A stretch of 61,728 bases of DNA, counting the filler, from Catajapyx aquilonaris (taxonomy: Eukaryota): assembly GCA_000934665.2 (NCBI GenBank). It is 4 parts of 4 records of this genome, joined end to end, with 100 filler letters (N's around TTAATTAATTAA, not from the genome) between each part and the next. Parts side by side here need not be neighbours in the genome. Positions count along the whole stretch, not along the records: positions 31,253 to 46,446 come from JYFJ02007568.1; positions 46,547 to 61,728 come from JYFJ02007569.1; 2 more parts are not named here. One strand, given 5' to 3'. Of the stretch, positions 34,201 through 48,830 are shown piece by piece (the stretch's first letter is position 1; every line of letters begins with the position of its first letter). Under the pieces are notes generated by a model, which was not told where the DNA came from, did no database searches, and saw only the letters and a program-made list of their open reading frames with translations. Both the position numbers and the translations under genes were made by a program.

Positions 34201-37200
34201 AAAAACCGCAAAAACAATTGGAATGTCACTTGTTGCGTCTTCGAAACTTCCATATCACTACACGCAAGCATCGTAGACTGTTGGCAACAAGCCAGCAACC
34301 CCTGTTTGTCTTACTCTATACAAGGCATTTTGGCGGGAAACTTAGGTTATTGCGTTGTAGCCTTAAAATAAGGCAGACAGTGACTCATCACCTCGGTTTC
34401 CTCCATGGGAGAAGTCGCATGATCAAGTGGCATGTGCCTTTGACAGATTTCTATAAACACCAAGACCTGTAAAATTCTTCTGGATACAAAACGATGACAC
34501 GCATCAGGTATGTGCATAAATATTAGTTAGGACGTCCCACAGGCTATTCGCACAAAGATTCGAAATCCTGCCTATATTTGGACACGTGTCCTACGACAAG
34601 GTGGAGGGCTGAAGAGTTACGCCAACGTCATTCAGCTCTCGTTGGAATTGATTTCTTTGCACTTAGCGCAAAGAACCCTTTCAGGTTAAATATTTTCCCT
34701 TCAGCTCCTTTCAGCTACTGTCCTGGGTCGTCCTCGACAAGCGATGTAAAGAAACCCGCCGAAAGGGAGAAGCACACTGGTAAAAGCTGCAGCGTAACTT
34801 ACAATGCCTTTGTTCCACAAATTAAAATGTCGTCGGCCTCCATTTCAGGGGGGGAAACAATCCATTTGACCATAGAGTCTTTCTCCCCATTCCATATAAG
34901 CACATAGTCCATTTATGTAATTGACTGTAATTCCCAGTGCTAGAAGAGTGAGTTTTGCTGACTTGTTTTTCTGAAATATTAATGGCGGCGGAGAGCAGGT
35001 ATCTGCACGCATGCTGATAACAAAGATGGCGCATCCTGCGCCGCATGGAAATAGACTATTTACCTGGGTAATATGTAGTGTGGAAAACAGGCGGTGATGG
35101 TTGATGCTAATTGAAAGTGTCATAAAGGGCAGTAACAGTTAATGACAAAAACGTTAGCTGTTAAATAGCAATTCAACAGCTTTTGCGAAATTGCCACTGC
35201 CCCACGATGACTTTCGTTGGACTACGCCGTTGTAACTGAAGATAGTTGCTTTTAGTCGGCAGACGACACGAAACGAGCCAAGACTCGAGTTGCCAGAAGG
35301 TAAACGATGAGAATTTGTAGAGAGGCGAAACGTGAAGGGAATATACACTCGACTCCTTCCATATCTCACTTCCATTGGCGACAACCTACTGCGCTGGATT
35401 CAGTTATGAGACCGAATTGTGCTAGAAGAGCTTGTTATCCGATAAACTTGATCTCAGAACTCATCTGCTACAGGGCGTAAGCTAGGGGGAGAGACTTGCT
35501 TTTTTTTCTACCTGTGCACTCTTGATACTCCTATCCTCTCCTTTTTCACCCTCTGGCTACTCTGGCGTGTTTCGTTTCGTGTCATCAGTCACGCGTCGCC
35601 GTCACCAAAAGGTTTACATGTAACGAACTGTACTGGAGAGATTTCAATCGAGAGATACCGGCTTGTTGATGGCCAGTACTTGTATACATTAGAGATTAGA
35701 TGAAAGCCATGGTCAGTTCCTTTTATTAATAAACGTGTAGAAGTAGGCTATAAATTTGGATGACATTTGTAGCTGTGGTTTGATATAAGCCTATAATGCG
35801 TGTAGAGAGTTTCAAATACTGTCACATGACAGGCCTAATATTTACAAGAATAGTGCATGTCTTTAGTGTGTTATCTGGCAACATGCTGCATTATTTTACT
35901 TCTTCCGGGCTAGAAAACGTCTCATAAATTTATAATTATACACACTTAGGTGTTTCAGGCATCTGGGCCACGACAAGCGCCTCAATTTTTCCAGCAGGTA
36001 CCACCTGATCACATGGGGAGTAGAAAACTTTGTCAATGTACTCTTTATGCATAAGCGAACTCCCACTGATGTGCCAGTGGGAGAACATCAAATGTCCATT
36101 TCGCGAAGAGGATATTATACATCTTAGGCCACCTCTAAAAAGGCGATAATGAGGCTGAGCATAACCTCCTATCGAAAGCAGATTAATTTAACTATACTGT
36201 CAGGAAAGGGTGTGTTGAAATGGAGAGATAAAATCAAAACCGTTCTACCTGCATGTTCCTTTATTCTATTCGAGCACTTTGTTCTACAAAAGCCGTGCAG
36301 TGAAGGCTCCTGCTGCATACAGTACGTATTGAATACAGTGTAATGTCACAGGCGGAAAAAGTTCATCAAGTTAAACTAATAATTATAGCCTTAGTCATAG
36401 TTATGCAAAAAATCACATTCCTGTATTAGCGAAGTGACAGTGACTAAATGAAGTTGTTATACTTCGTATAGCTCACTAACGCGTTTATCAGTAGACCTAA
36501 TCAATCTAGCATCTAGAATAATGAATCTGACTATCGCATTCCCTGAGTGATTGATCTTCGTACGGTTCAGTAGATGTGCGTATTATCTAACTGCAGTATC
36601 TATTGAGTGAGCAGGGCAACATTTGATCATGTTGAAGAGCCGTTCCTGACATTTTTCAAAGTCCTGTTTTTTCACGCTAACACAGTTACAGCTTATCAGA
36701 TATTTTTTTACATATCGAATGTCTTACCGTGAGCTGTATAGCGATTAAGCACCACTCTTACGTCTTGGTTTTCTTTTCAGTGGTTGATCTTATTTATGCC
36801 ATTGTAAACAATGCTTGTTTTTTTTTCAAATATGGCTCTAAATGCGAAGACAATCTGGAATACACACAAGTGCAGTGTTTTCTACAATTAAAATATGATT
36901 TTTTTGTTAATCGGACACAACCGCTACAGCCCTCGTTTTTCATCATAAAAGAGTCAGGCAATCCATGCCATGCAATGCAGATTGGTCAGTGACTCAAGGG
37001 GCAAGATGGGGTGACCCTTGGCCTATGTTTTCATCATTTCTTGGATTCCGGGTTGTCTACCCAGCAGGACGTTCCCTGTAATTCACGTGATGACGTCAGA
37101 AAAACTTTTTTTGGAATCACACGTCAGAGTAGCCTATTATGGCCTTGACATACGTAGGTCAGAAAGGATTCTCCCAAAACTACATGTTCTTTATGAGTTA

Positions 37201-38168
37201 CAGTAACTGACCCCGTTGTGTGAAACTGAGGTGTTCGTCTCCATCATAATACTGTATTATCAGTCATCTGAAATGGAAACTTCATATCGTTTAGTATAAC
37301 TCGTAAATAATTACTTGGCTTTATCAGTGCTGGGCATAACGGTTCGAAGTTTTTTAGCCGTCACAGTTTACTGCTGTGTAAGGTTTCTTAGGAAAGACAG
37401 GGGCTCATATAGTAGGGTCCAGGTATATACTAGCTCTCAGTCGGGGTGCGACTCCCCGAGAGAAGGCAGAGGGTTAGCCATATACGTTTATGATGCACAT
37501 CTTTGACTCGTGACATAATCTTGTAGTTGGGTAACTTATGCAGCCTTTAAAATGTTTATTTGGCAGCGAGTATGACTCAAAGTTGGTTATAAAGTTAAAG
37601 TAATCATCATACGTAGAAATGCAGGGAGTTACAACTAAATTGTTGCGCAGTATGTAAAATCTTTTGCCACTAATCTCCCTTTTATGAGAAAGTAATTCCA
37701 GGAGCAACAGTGATATCATTGATATTACAGTACGGCACGAGTTTTGGCTGATTTGTACATGATACGTAAGTGCAGTATAATAATGCTTAAAATATGGTGA
37801 TCAGCGATCTGTAAAAATCTGGTAAAAATTATACGAAAATGCTCCATTGTATGAATTTTCCCTCTACTTGAGTGATGGTCAAATCAAAGAGAGAGTTGAA
37901 GAAGAGCACGAACCTCATTTTCTGACGGGTTCAAAGACCGGAACCCACCCTACCAATCTTCCACTTTTTCCCCCGCAGTTAAGTCGCATTCCAAATTTTT
38001 CCTGCTAATTTGACGCACACCTTATTAGTCAGAATCAAGAAATACAGGCTTGATTATCTAACGGCGTATAACGTTTTATAAAGCAAAAGGAACAGGTGCT
38101 GAAGGTTGTCAAAATGGCAGTGGCTGCGAAAAGTGATATTTCACCATCTTTGCATTTTCTTGTTTCAG

Positions 38169-41100
38169 AATGACGGCTTTGCATCATGCGGCGCTAGTCG
38201 GCAATGGAACTATTCTGCAAATGCTTCTGGAACATGGATCATCTGTAGATTGCCAAGATCAAAAAGGTAAGATTTAAAACAACGTGAGATTAAATTAATA
38301 TAAGATCAGGTAGATGCATTTTGTTGTTTCATTCTCTCGTGCTAAGGACAATGTTTTATAAGGTGTCCATAACACTACAGACACAAATTATTTTAATTTG
38401 GATCAAAACAATGTGCATTGAATCATCATAAGAAAAAAGGTATAATAATTAAGTTCAAAAAGTTTAATAGATTAGGAGTGGATTAGGATCAATAATTTTT
38501 AACCTATGCACCGATACAGTCATAAATGGGAAAAAAGTAGCGAGATACATTATCATGCCAAGAAAACCGGTGGAACTCATGAAATCGGAAGGAAATTAAG
38601 ACCACACCATTTAGTTATTAATTTATGGAGGCGAAGTACACAACGCAAAAATATCTGTCTCACAAAGACGGTGATTTACCACCTGTTATAAAATGGACTG
38701 TTGTAAAATTGGGTGTTATTCAGATATGGGATTGAATTTCGAATTCCCAATAGGTTGCTCCGAATGGGTAGGAAAATGAACAACTTGAATCAATTTGACA
38801 TCTGGTGGCGTCAACTTCTCTCACCCTATATGTTGCTTTGATTCCGGACAGGTATCTATTTTGTAACTTCCGTATGGCTATACTCAAGAATGCAGTGTAT
38901 GCGGAACGTGGGAGTCAAAAAGCCGGTTTGCACTGTGTAAGGCATTCCACTCGTACAAGACAAAAAAAAAATTAAGTGAGACTTCGATACGCCTAAACGG
39001 AGCATATGTATAGCCAATGTTACGTCGGATAATGCGTATAAAACAAATGTCCAATCCTGAAAGTGGAACCAATTATTGGGCCATCGGGGTGTTTGAACTA
39101 ATTGCGCGCATCTGCCCATGAAATTAAACCAGATGAACAGTATACTTGTTGCGGAAGTTGATTAACAGCCCCCGCCCATCCAGCTAAAGGAAGAAAGAAA
39201 TAAAAGACGATGTAAATGTATACAGCTGTTGCAGAGGCAAAGGAACTCAATAGGGCGGTGTGGAACATCACACAAAATTAACTACGTAATTTCACACCGC
39301 GAAGAATCTTTTGTCAGCGTTTTATTAGTAAACTGTACGTTATACCGCGGTGTGCCACTTAACGCTTTATGAGTGCAATTTGCATGATTATCAAGTAGCG
39401 GGGCTTTTAGACACATTATTTGATTGTTAAGTAAGTTAACTTTGAGAAAGACATGTTAATTTGTCCTTTACATCATGTACAACCATGTGAACGTAATCAA
39501 AATGTACTGAATTCCAAAGTGCCGCGATATATTGCTCTCCTTTTGCAATGGCTTATTTCTGGAGCAACTAATCCGAGGACTAGATGCTACTGTTTTGCAT
39601 TACTGAATACAGGGTGTTCCAGATTCGTGGGTCACTTTTTGATAACTGATATCGCCCGATGGTGGGTCGAATATAGCAGGTGCTATAGAATGGAGCACAT
39701 GGTTATAGGGCACAACAAGCTACAAAATATAACTGCTATCGGGCGATATCAGTTATCAAAAAGTGACCCACGAATCTGGAACACCCTGTATAGGCATCGG
39801 GATAGTCCATTCTTTCCTTGAAAGGAGATAAGCGCATGAACATCGTCTTGGTTGAAGTGTATACTGCACAGTAGCACCAACATGTGAGAGCTGCAGTGAT
39901 GGTTGAAAAATGAAATAGTTTGTTCAGATAAGTTCAGGTGTTATGCCATTTTGAGTTCTTTCTAAATAACATATTAGTTTATGCAAACACATTGGTCGTG
40001 TAAAATATTGACTAGCTCATTTGTTACACCTTATTATCTCCGGAAAGATGACATCCATTGCTGTAATAAATTATACGATGTGGAGCATGAGAAGTGGGGT
40101 ACCCCCTCCAACGCTCTTAGCCTCTTGACGTCATTGAAGCTAACAGGAGTGCTATTACGCTCTAAAGTCTATAAACTGTGTAAAGTGTAAACCTCTGTAT
40201 AAGAAAAGGCATCAAGAGGAGAAATAGTGATAGTGACTATAGTGAGTGCAGAATCAGTGGATCACTTTATTTGGAGAAATAAAAACGCAGCTGTACTCTT
40301 GACATCTCACGTAATTGTAATTATCAATATCATTAAATATTTTAATGAGGGCCTTTAAAATATTATTATGTAAAAAATGAGACATCCGATAACCCATGTT
40401 ATTCCACGTAGCCTACCTCGTAGCCACAGAGTGGGCGAACTCGTTTCCTTATCTCGAGTGGTGAACGAATATTTCTGTGGTTTGCCACGCACGTTTAGCA
40501 TTCTCGTAACTTTTGAGCTGCGTGTACGAGTGCGTCCATTTTCAGCGCTCTCGTAGCTTCGTATAAGTTATGTCTACTCTACGCCTCCGTTACAGGGGCT
40601 ACAGGGTTACAGGGGGCTAAGGACACAGGACTCTATTTTTGTACCTCTCCAATTTGCATTATTTTGATGTGTGGGAGAACTTGACAGTCGGGTTCTTACA
40701 GTAGGTTTACTGTTAGACTTGGAAATTATAGTTGCAATTCTTTACAATCGGCATTTCATGTTAATCATCCTACATTACATGTCACCATTGCAATAAATGT
40801 ACTAGGTATTAGGGTGTCATGGTAACCAGAATTATGCTAAGCAAACAGTCCACGACATTATTTTGTACTGTTACGAGCATTTGCTGACTTTTGGGAGAGC
40901 TATACAAGTCTATAGGGTTCAGGCCGACACAAGGCCGACAGTTATACAGTAGTGGGAACTCATGTGCACCATAAAATCACTTTATGTATAGAGGTGTTAT
41001 TATTTTGGTCTCCCAAACCTCTTTACCGCGATAATGAGGTAAAACAAAAGTGCATTACAGTATATAGGTCTACATTTTCATATGTCACGGATACAGCCTG

Positions 41101-41818
41101 CGACAACTTCCATTGCCTCGCCCATTGCCTGCTACACCAGATGAGATCCTAACATTTTCAATCGCACAATAGTACCTAATTTCAATTAAAAAGACAAGGC
41201 CACGTGGATGGTAGCATACCTGCCAGGATATTTTATTTTATTTTGCAGCCCATTATTTCGGTAATGACTAATGAGTCTGCAGAGACCAAATTAATGACAC
41301 CTCTACCTATTGATCCTCTGGTCCACAGGAGTTCACCCTAAAAGTTTTCCTCGAAACATCCTGTTACTATTCTTGTAAGTTGGTATACGTTTACAACCTA
41401 CGCAGTCGTGGGTTTGATAAATTTTTATAAATGGGTTACCTTATAGTAGCGCACGCGTGTCCCCATGAATGCATGCTCTCCTGACAAGATATGACAAATA
41501 CCTCGAAGGCCAACGATTCTTCCAGTAAGGTATAGTTTCGTCTAATGAACCAACATTGGTCGTGAACAGGAACAAGTAGTGATTATTTATATAAGGTACT
41601 GCACAATGATGCAATACGACAGTCGGAACTAATGACCTTCACGTAGTCTGTGTCATGAGTTGTTCAAGGAAGCTTGCATGTGTTTGTTACAATACTGCTG
41701 ACTTGAAATACTGAAGGTCACAAGGACATTCTGCTGCACCTACGATCACTCCAAAGGTCACTGAACAGAAGGCGTAGACATGTAGGATGTGTCCTAAAGT
41801 GCATGTTTGCTACAATTC

Positions 41819-41850
<32 letters not shown>

Positions 41851-42550
41851 ACTTCTATGTAACTATGCTCTCAAATGTATCTTACAACATGCATCTATCA
41901 AGGCCAGTTGTGCATTTCTCAATATAGGCCTAATTAAAATGAAGTATTATAGGGCAAATTGCCAGGATTTCAACACATTAGGGCGTTGTTCCTCTGATGA
42001 GATGAATTATTATCCCTAAATCGAAAAGATGAAATTCGCCTCTCTGCCGGTACTCCATCTAAAATGAAGACCCTTTCCCAATCCCTGAGAGTATATAGTT
42101 CGAACATAATTATGCATTTTTTTTTGTGATGAGAGAGTAGTGATGGGAGGTACTGTAATATTGATCACACTTCTCACTCTCGCCGTATCCGCCTCCAGTG
42201 CGTCAATATTGAACATATTACTGTATACTAGCAAAATATTACATATACTAGAAAAACCCTCGCTTCGCTCGAATTTTTCTAGGGTTCAGTCCTAGAAAAC
42301 CATTATCCCAAAAGTCAGATCATATCAGAACATGAATTAAATTAATTTAAAAATTTCAATATCATGAATTACGTGCACATTACTAGAACAATATTTATTT
42401 TCAGGTCTACGTCCACTGCATTACGCAGCGTGGCAAGGCAGGCCGGAGCCTGTAAGTCTCCTTCTCCAATGGGGCTCTTCAGTGAACGACGCTGACCTCG
42501 GGGGCGAGACCCCGCTTCACCTCGCCTGCCAGTACGGACACGATCATGTG
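38169..42550 (+). CDS. CASKIN: Caskin-like ankyrin scaffold, two internal exons (38169-38266, 42405-42550)
   Basis: Spliced product [81 protein letters not shown] closely resembles Caskin ([25 protein letters not shown]); canonical splice sites in matching phase. Confidence 0.8.
39610..39788. mobile_element. Tc1/mariner-type MITE with perfect ~50-bp TIRs
   Basis: TA|CAGGGTGTTCCAGATTCGTGGGTC...GACCCACGAATCTGGAACACCCTG|TA. Confidence 0.9.
41819..41850. repeat. (ATG)n microsatellite
   Basis: Read directly. Confidence 0.95.
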
Positions 42551-43604
42551 GTAAGTGCCTCGTTCGTCTTTCGTCCCTAGTGTTGCCCCAGGCTATAGTA
42601 CGTCCACTCTTGTCGTGCGCCTGCAATAAGTCACACTCTTGGAACTCGAGACGTGCCGACTCAGCGACACGTATTTGCAGTCAAAAGTCAAAACTTGTTA
42701 TGGGCTTTCCTCATCTGCCTTACCTGTTTCCAATTAGACGGGCTCTTTTTCCTTGCGCAACGTAACAACGAGGTTCTTGGAAGACGAGAATTGGCATGCA
42801 CTGAACCAGTTCTACAGACGAAAACAAGTTATGCTTCTGACAGAATGATGAGAACTGATGAGGTTTTGGGGCTGCAAATACTACCTAATGTTCAGATTCG
42901 GTAATATGCAATAGTTATCCTTCAAATGTGGCATATTCACAGACTCATGTCTCATTGTCCAATTATAATTCTTTGATCTCAATTACTTATTAACATATTT
43001 TTTTTAAAAAGAAATATGGATGTCATTCACCTTCTTCCTCCCTGCCCATTCCTGCCTCTGCCTCACCAAAAGTTGGTATAAAATGTGGTATGATTCAATA
43101 TCTATGGATCCTATGCAGTTTGCGTAACTGACATTGTTAATATGTATTTTTGAAAGCATTTTAAGACGTAACTAATTTGTTTAGACTTTTTAGAGGATGC
43201 ACATAGATTGTGTAGTATCCATCCCTTGAAAGGTTAGCAATCTCCTCCAGAGGCAGCCACCAGTTAAAACCCTCTGGCTTAAAAAGAAAAGGTTAAAGTG
43301 GAACTGCCATGCCACACTGGACCAGGATTGTGTACAGTACAGTACGTTGTGAATACCTGCTGCTGTAATGCTGTGTTATTCGAAGTGATCCAAGTACATA
43401 CTACATACCCCCTAGGATTTTTTATGTTGTAATATCTTTTTCATTTCTTTCCATATCAGTGACGTGCCAAAAATGTATTTATGCTTGTTGCAAATAATCG
43501 TATTTTGTGTCAATACACTTGGCTATTAAAATTTTTGGCGAAGAAGAGCCTTACGTCGAAAATAGGAAAAATCCGGACTGTTTCTTTTATAGTACCGGTA
43601 AGTA

Positions 43605-43756
43605 CTGGCCAATAATCGAGGCAACGACTAGCGACATTTTCCCGAAGCGGCAGAAGAAGGAATCTTGCTCGCCCGGCTTCTAGCATGCTTATCTTCGATT
43701 CCTTCTTCTGCCGCTTCGGGAAAATGTCACTAGTCGTTGCCTCGATTATTGGCCAG
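43605..43756. mobile_element. Hairpin MITE (~60-bp near-perfect arms, TA TSD)
   Basis: TA|CTGGCCAATAATCGAGGCAACGACTAG...CTAGTCGTTGCCTCGATTATTGGCCAG|TA. Confidence 0.85.
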
Positions 43757-46446
43757 TAGGCCTACTGTACCTTGTGCCAGTAAAATTAGTTTTATTTTTG
43801 TTGTCTGCCATGTTTTCCGGTAGTTAACGGTGAGCTGATGAGAAAAAAATTGTAGTAATTAAGCACAAAATTATTTTATTACATACGCGATTACTTTATT
43901 TCACCTTATTAAGTACCGGTGGGTCGGCATATGAATGTATACTCAAACCGGTTAATGTGAACTGTACCAAGGAAACGTCTTACATAAAGCAGAAATGACA
44001 ACATTATTGTACTGCCAGCACCTTGCTTATTGAGACGAATCATTGTCACTGGAAAACAATGCATACAAAGTGTAATATAATTGTGATGGAGAAAGACTAG
44101 AAGTAATCAGCCGTGTTTCATACACTAAATTGATTGGAAGAGAGGGATTAGGCTTTATTTATTAGCTTATTTATTAGCCAATTCTTACAGTGACACAAGT
44201 ATATATATAATTAAAACATAACTTCACTCCAAATTTAAAATGTGGTAGGTAAGTACAGTATCAGCTATATGGCTATATATAAGGCCGATGTATGCCATTT
44301 TCCCCTGTACACACGGGTATGTGACTGATTGGACCTGGCTTACAGTCCCCAACTTTTTTATTTATTTTTTGCGGAAAAGTCCCCATGATTGATCGAGGTC
44401 TGGAGGATGAGACACCTGCGTCCGACGATAGATTCTAGTCAGTCAAGAGCCCTCCTATGGGACTAGCCCCGCAATAGCCTAATTGCAATTCAGACTCGCC
44501 CCAAAAATGCATTGATCTCTCTGCTTTAACACGGGGTTGGAAGGGGTCACAGATAATGGCGGAAGACAGTGTGGGAAGTAAAATTAAGTCCTGCGGCCAT
44601 GTCCTCGCCTGTCGGCCAATTTGTATCAACTTCCAACCCCCCNACCCCCCCCCCCCCTTTTTTTTCTTACTCAGCCAAGGTTGTCAAAGGAGAAAATGGC
44701 CTTTCTGTCATGGGTGGAGACTCGACCATAGCTCACCAAGGATGGCATTTTTTTATATTACAAATATTATATACAACCTTTACCTCTCGTGACATTTTCG
44801 TGACCACATCGGTCATCCACACAACCATTTTGCACAGAAAGAGTCATCACCAGGACTTTCATTCGCGGTAAACCTGTGGGGATGTATGTTACGTTGTGTA
44901 AATAATAAAAAAATATTTCTGTCAAGGTTTAGTGAAAAGTTACCCTCTCTCTATGCAGGTTTTGCTGTATAGGGTTGGTTTAGAGGATGTATTTATATTA
45001 CGGAGAGAGAAATCTCCATGATGTATATTATACACTTCCCAGCCAGGGTTTCATATTCATTATTCATCGGGGTTAGTAGTGCCTTTTAGTGGTTGCGAAA
45101 TGGTGAGTTGTGTTGGGATGCTGGAATAGTAATTAGTTTACATTAATAATCGGGGGTGCGGCTCCCACCTGTACGAATAACCCAAAGGTAGGGTTAGGAT
45201 AGAAGATAATAATTAAAAAAAATGCGGATGCGGTATGGATTACAGGACGGCAAGAAAAGTCAGAAAGGGTTTATTAAAATGTCCATCAGTTTTATTGACG
45301 GCAATATTTGTACCCTGTCCTCGGGAGATTGGAAAATTCGCGTCTTGTTTGCTCAACATGACGTTTGATATGCGGTGCGATTTGTTTTTGGGTCTAATTT
45401 ACATTATTACGTGGTGAGGTCAAGGCTCATGGGTGTTGGCATCGTGAAGGAGATTTTGGGAAGGAGCTGCAAATGTAATTTTTTTGGTGTGAAGTGTGAC
45501 AACCTGTTTCAAGATAGGGATATGCCATCAGCCGAGAAGTTGCAGAAAGTGGAAACTTATATCCTGTACTAGATTGCTTGTAATTGGCAGTAAATGCGGG
45601 GAAATATTTTTTGCAAAGAATGACGTGAACTTTTCTTAACTGTTGCAGTCTCCAATCAAAGTTTCTTAATACTGGTGGTCCTGTGGTTCACGGAAAACTG
45701 TCAAACGTCAGACCACTTTTGACAGAAGCGTTACACAACCCAAACTCATTTTAAAAGTCAATTTTTCATTATTTTTTTCCTGCACACACAGGTGGACCAT
45801 TTTCACCAGATCAGTGCGTTCATTGTTTTAGTGCTCTATTATGAAATAGCAATCGATATTGAACCCATGGGTGAAAACACACAGATTTGTTTTTTCGAGA
45901 TTTAGCTAATGCTCATGAACACAAGGAGGAAATCACCAGTTATGGCGGTTTATGTATTGTCAATATATGTATATGATAATCAGATTTTCCCTAATTTGCT
46001 TTTATACAACCGGACCTAATTAGACTCACAATATTATTCATTTTCTGGCACGGGAATACCTTGTCTTATATTGTTGTAAACAAGAACATCTCAACGGAAA
46101 TGCGTCAGGTGCAAGTATCCTATACAACCTATTTCTCGAGTGAACCGCAGAATTTGGATCGATATCGAGTCATGAGAGTCTCACAGTCATAATGGTATTT
46201 CAGTATATCATGCTTGCCTCAAACTGTGTTTAAGTGGAAATTTCATTATATTATACATGCCAATTATTTCCTATTCATACGCATATAAATGAGTTATCAG
46301 TAGGTCTACCCTTATGTGTGCTATATCCATCAAAATATGAGTGACTTAAAGTAGTATCCCACGGCTGAGTACGGAGCCTCATGGAAAAATTCCGCAGTGG
46401 CGCCACCGTCTATGCGAGTTTAACATGGGAAAGCGCCACTGCGGCC

Positions 46447-46546
46447 NNNNNNNNNNNNNNNNNNNNNNNNNNNNNNNNNNNNNNNNNNNNTTAATTAATT
46501 AANNNNNNNNNNNNNNNNNNNNNNNNNNNNNNNNNNNNNNNNNNNN
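46447..46546. other. Assembly linker
   Basis: N..TTAATTAATTAA..N. Confidence 0.95.
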
Positions 46547-46642
46547 ATCATGTCCCACAGCATAACGTGACTGAGCATTATTTGGAGACGCAACTGATGC
46601 CACAACCAGTGCAACCACAATCAGTCCCAGACCATTCGCCAT
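46547..46642 (-). CDS. C-type lectin paralog 0, exon 1 (signal peptide), truncated by the contig end
   Basis: MANGLGLIVVALVVASVASPNNAQSRYAVGHD, nearly identical to exon 1 of the lectin at 50732. Confidence 0.8.
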
Positions 46643-47337
46643 GGTTTCCGATAAACAGGTCTTCTGCCTTCTCCCTGTTGAGAGAAACTCAGCTACATTG
46701 AAACATTAAGACCCAGCCGGGAAATTTTCTTTAAAAGCTTGGTGATTTCACATGGAATGACCTGATAAGAACTAAATGGGGAAAATCGTTACATTAAATT
46801 AACCTATAATTTGTATGTTAATATTATTGGTCATGGCAATTCACAAATGGATTGAAATAGTGTAATATTGAGATCAACTTACTAGTTACTCACAGGGATA
46901 TGACTTGCCAATATTAGGAGAGATATTTCTCAGGTGATCTGACTTGCGGATAAGCCAACACTAACAGTGTCTGTGGATATCAGCAGCTATTTATTTCCAA
47001 CGTGCCTCATGCGGATTGACTAGACGTATTATTATTGCAGATGTAATTGCTGATGCAATACTGTATAATCTTGTAAGATTATGTACGCGTCGGTTGTGCA
47101 TTTCCCTAAACAGCAGTTGAGGATGCAAGGCATGTGCAGTAATAATGCCTGGTGTCACTATCACTAAGATGATAGGCAGACACGGCTATAACTAAACAGT
47201 TTTAGAAGTGTTAGTAGTCTACTGTCTGTTCTGGCGGAAATAAGGCATCACATTGCATAATTCTGTTGGTGAAAAGGAAAATGTCTGCTGAAGCAATGAA
47301 ATGTACCTTCTCCCGCTGACATGTGTGAAAGTCGTCA

Positions 47338-48341
47338 CTATTTCAAAATCCTAACTGTCCTCACAACAACCTCAGTGCATTCGGGACATATCTTCAGGTT
47401 CTCTCCGCACTGAAAACAAGTTGCAGAGTGGCAGCACTCGAGAAGCAAGGAGTCGAGTGGTGCCACCATGCATATCCTACAGCTCTCTTCTGCATCAAGA
47501 GATACCTTCTGCTTCTTTCTCCACAGACCAGCAACTGCTGCCAGAACATCTGTCGTTCCACATGGTTCGTCCAAGGAGATGCTGTTGTCTTTCAACAGAA
47601 CGCGCAATTGGCTGGATTCGATGGATTTCAGGTCGGACTCTGACGGGATGTAGTCTAAAGATGACTGTGATAAAACATGTCAGGTCAGTTGCTCACTGAT
47701 GTACTATTGACGGCAAAAAGATTGTCGCACCCTATCCGTTCGGTGTCCGCGACTTCTAGCGAAGCCTCCTTCCGCAAGGGGCGCTCTCAGATAGTAGTAC
47801 TGGGCAGCACCTCTTGCGGAAGGAGGCTTAACTAGAAGTTTCGATTCGAAAATCTTTTTGCGGATCACAGTACCGTGTGCTTACCTCAAAAAATCTAACG
47901 ACTTCTGATTTTCCTCTGTCTTTGGCTAAAGCAAGAGGCGTGTCTCCATTCTTGTCTTTGGCCCCTGGATTGGCACCTTTTGACAAGAGGAATGCAACCA
48001 ACTGCAGGTGACCGTATGAGGCTGCACATCCAGAAGCCTGAAGTTTCGCCCCTTCTTCCAACAGAAAGCGCACCTCTTCCACATGCCCTTCCTCCTAAGC
48101 ACCATGGATAGGTTCGTCTCCTGTTTTGTTCCTCGAACCTACTTCAGCCCCTTCGTTTATCAGTACAGAGCAAGTGCTGACATGTCCATTGCTGGCAGCC
48201 AAATGCAGTGAAGTGTCGCCTGTCACGTTTGATTGATTTTCAGGCCATCCTTCTCCTAGAAAATAGGCAGCTACTTCTGTCCCGCCTTGCTGGGAAGCCA
48301 GGTGGAGTCCGCTTTGATAATTTTCATCAATGGCTGCCACT
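47338..48341 (-). pseudogene. Ankyrin plus RNF34/RFFL-like SAP-RING gene, 3' half (copy B)
   Basis: ANK repeats (SGLHLASQQG, DTSLHLAASNG, DTPLALAK) with in-frame TAG at 48095-48097; terminal exon CRICMVAPLDSLLLECCHSATCFQC..ICPEC; 5' end replaced by mariner. Confidence 0.8.
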
Positions 48342-48344
48342 GGA

Positions 48345-48830
48345 ATTGGCATGTTGCTCACCGAAGAAGGCGAAGACAATTTTGTCAGCTGGTAAGGTGA
48401 TGGCCACAGTCTTTTGGGATTCCCAAGGAATTATCCTTATAGACTGTACTTGGAAAACGGAAGAACAAGAACAGGAGCCTATTACGCAGCATCATTGGAC
48501 CAGTTGAAAGAATAGTTAAAACAGAAACGGCCAAGATTGGCGCTCAAAAAAGTGCTCTTCCACCAAGACAATTCACCGTCCCACAAGTCAACCATCGCCA
48601 TGGCAAAATTGCACGAATTGCACTTCGAAGTGAACCTTCATGCACCCTATTCCCAAGACTTAGCCCCGATCGACCGCGATCGACTTCTTCTTGAATGTTC
48701 TCTAACCTGAAAATTTGACTCGCTTGGAAGAAATTTTCTACGAATGAGGACGCCATCACCACCGTCAACGAGTATTGTGTAGTAGCCTTCGAGAAAAGCT
48801 ATTTGTCTGACTGGATGAAAAAATGATATA
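48345..48830 (+). mobile_element. Decayed mariner transposase fragment (irritans/Himar1-like)
   Basis: SPKKAKTILSAGKVMATVFWDSQGIILID..KKVLFHQDNSPSH..HAPYSQDLAP, with frameshifts and stops. Confidence 0.9.

Noticed and set aside
35959..35997. Possible upstream Caskin exon (HLGHDKRLNFSS)
   Set aside because: Only KRLN matches; it lacks the expected N.QD.DG and is too short.
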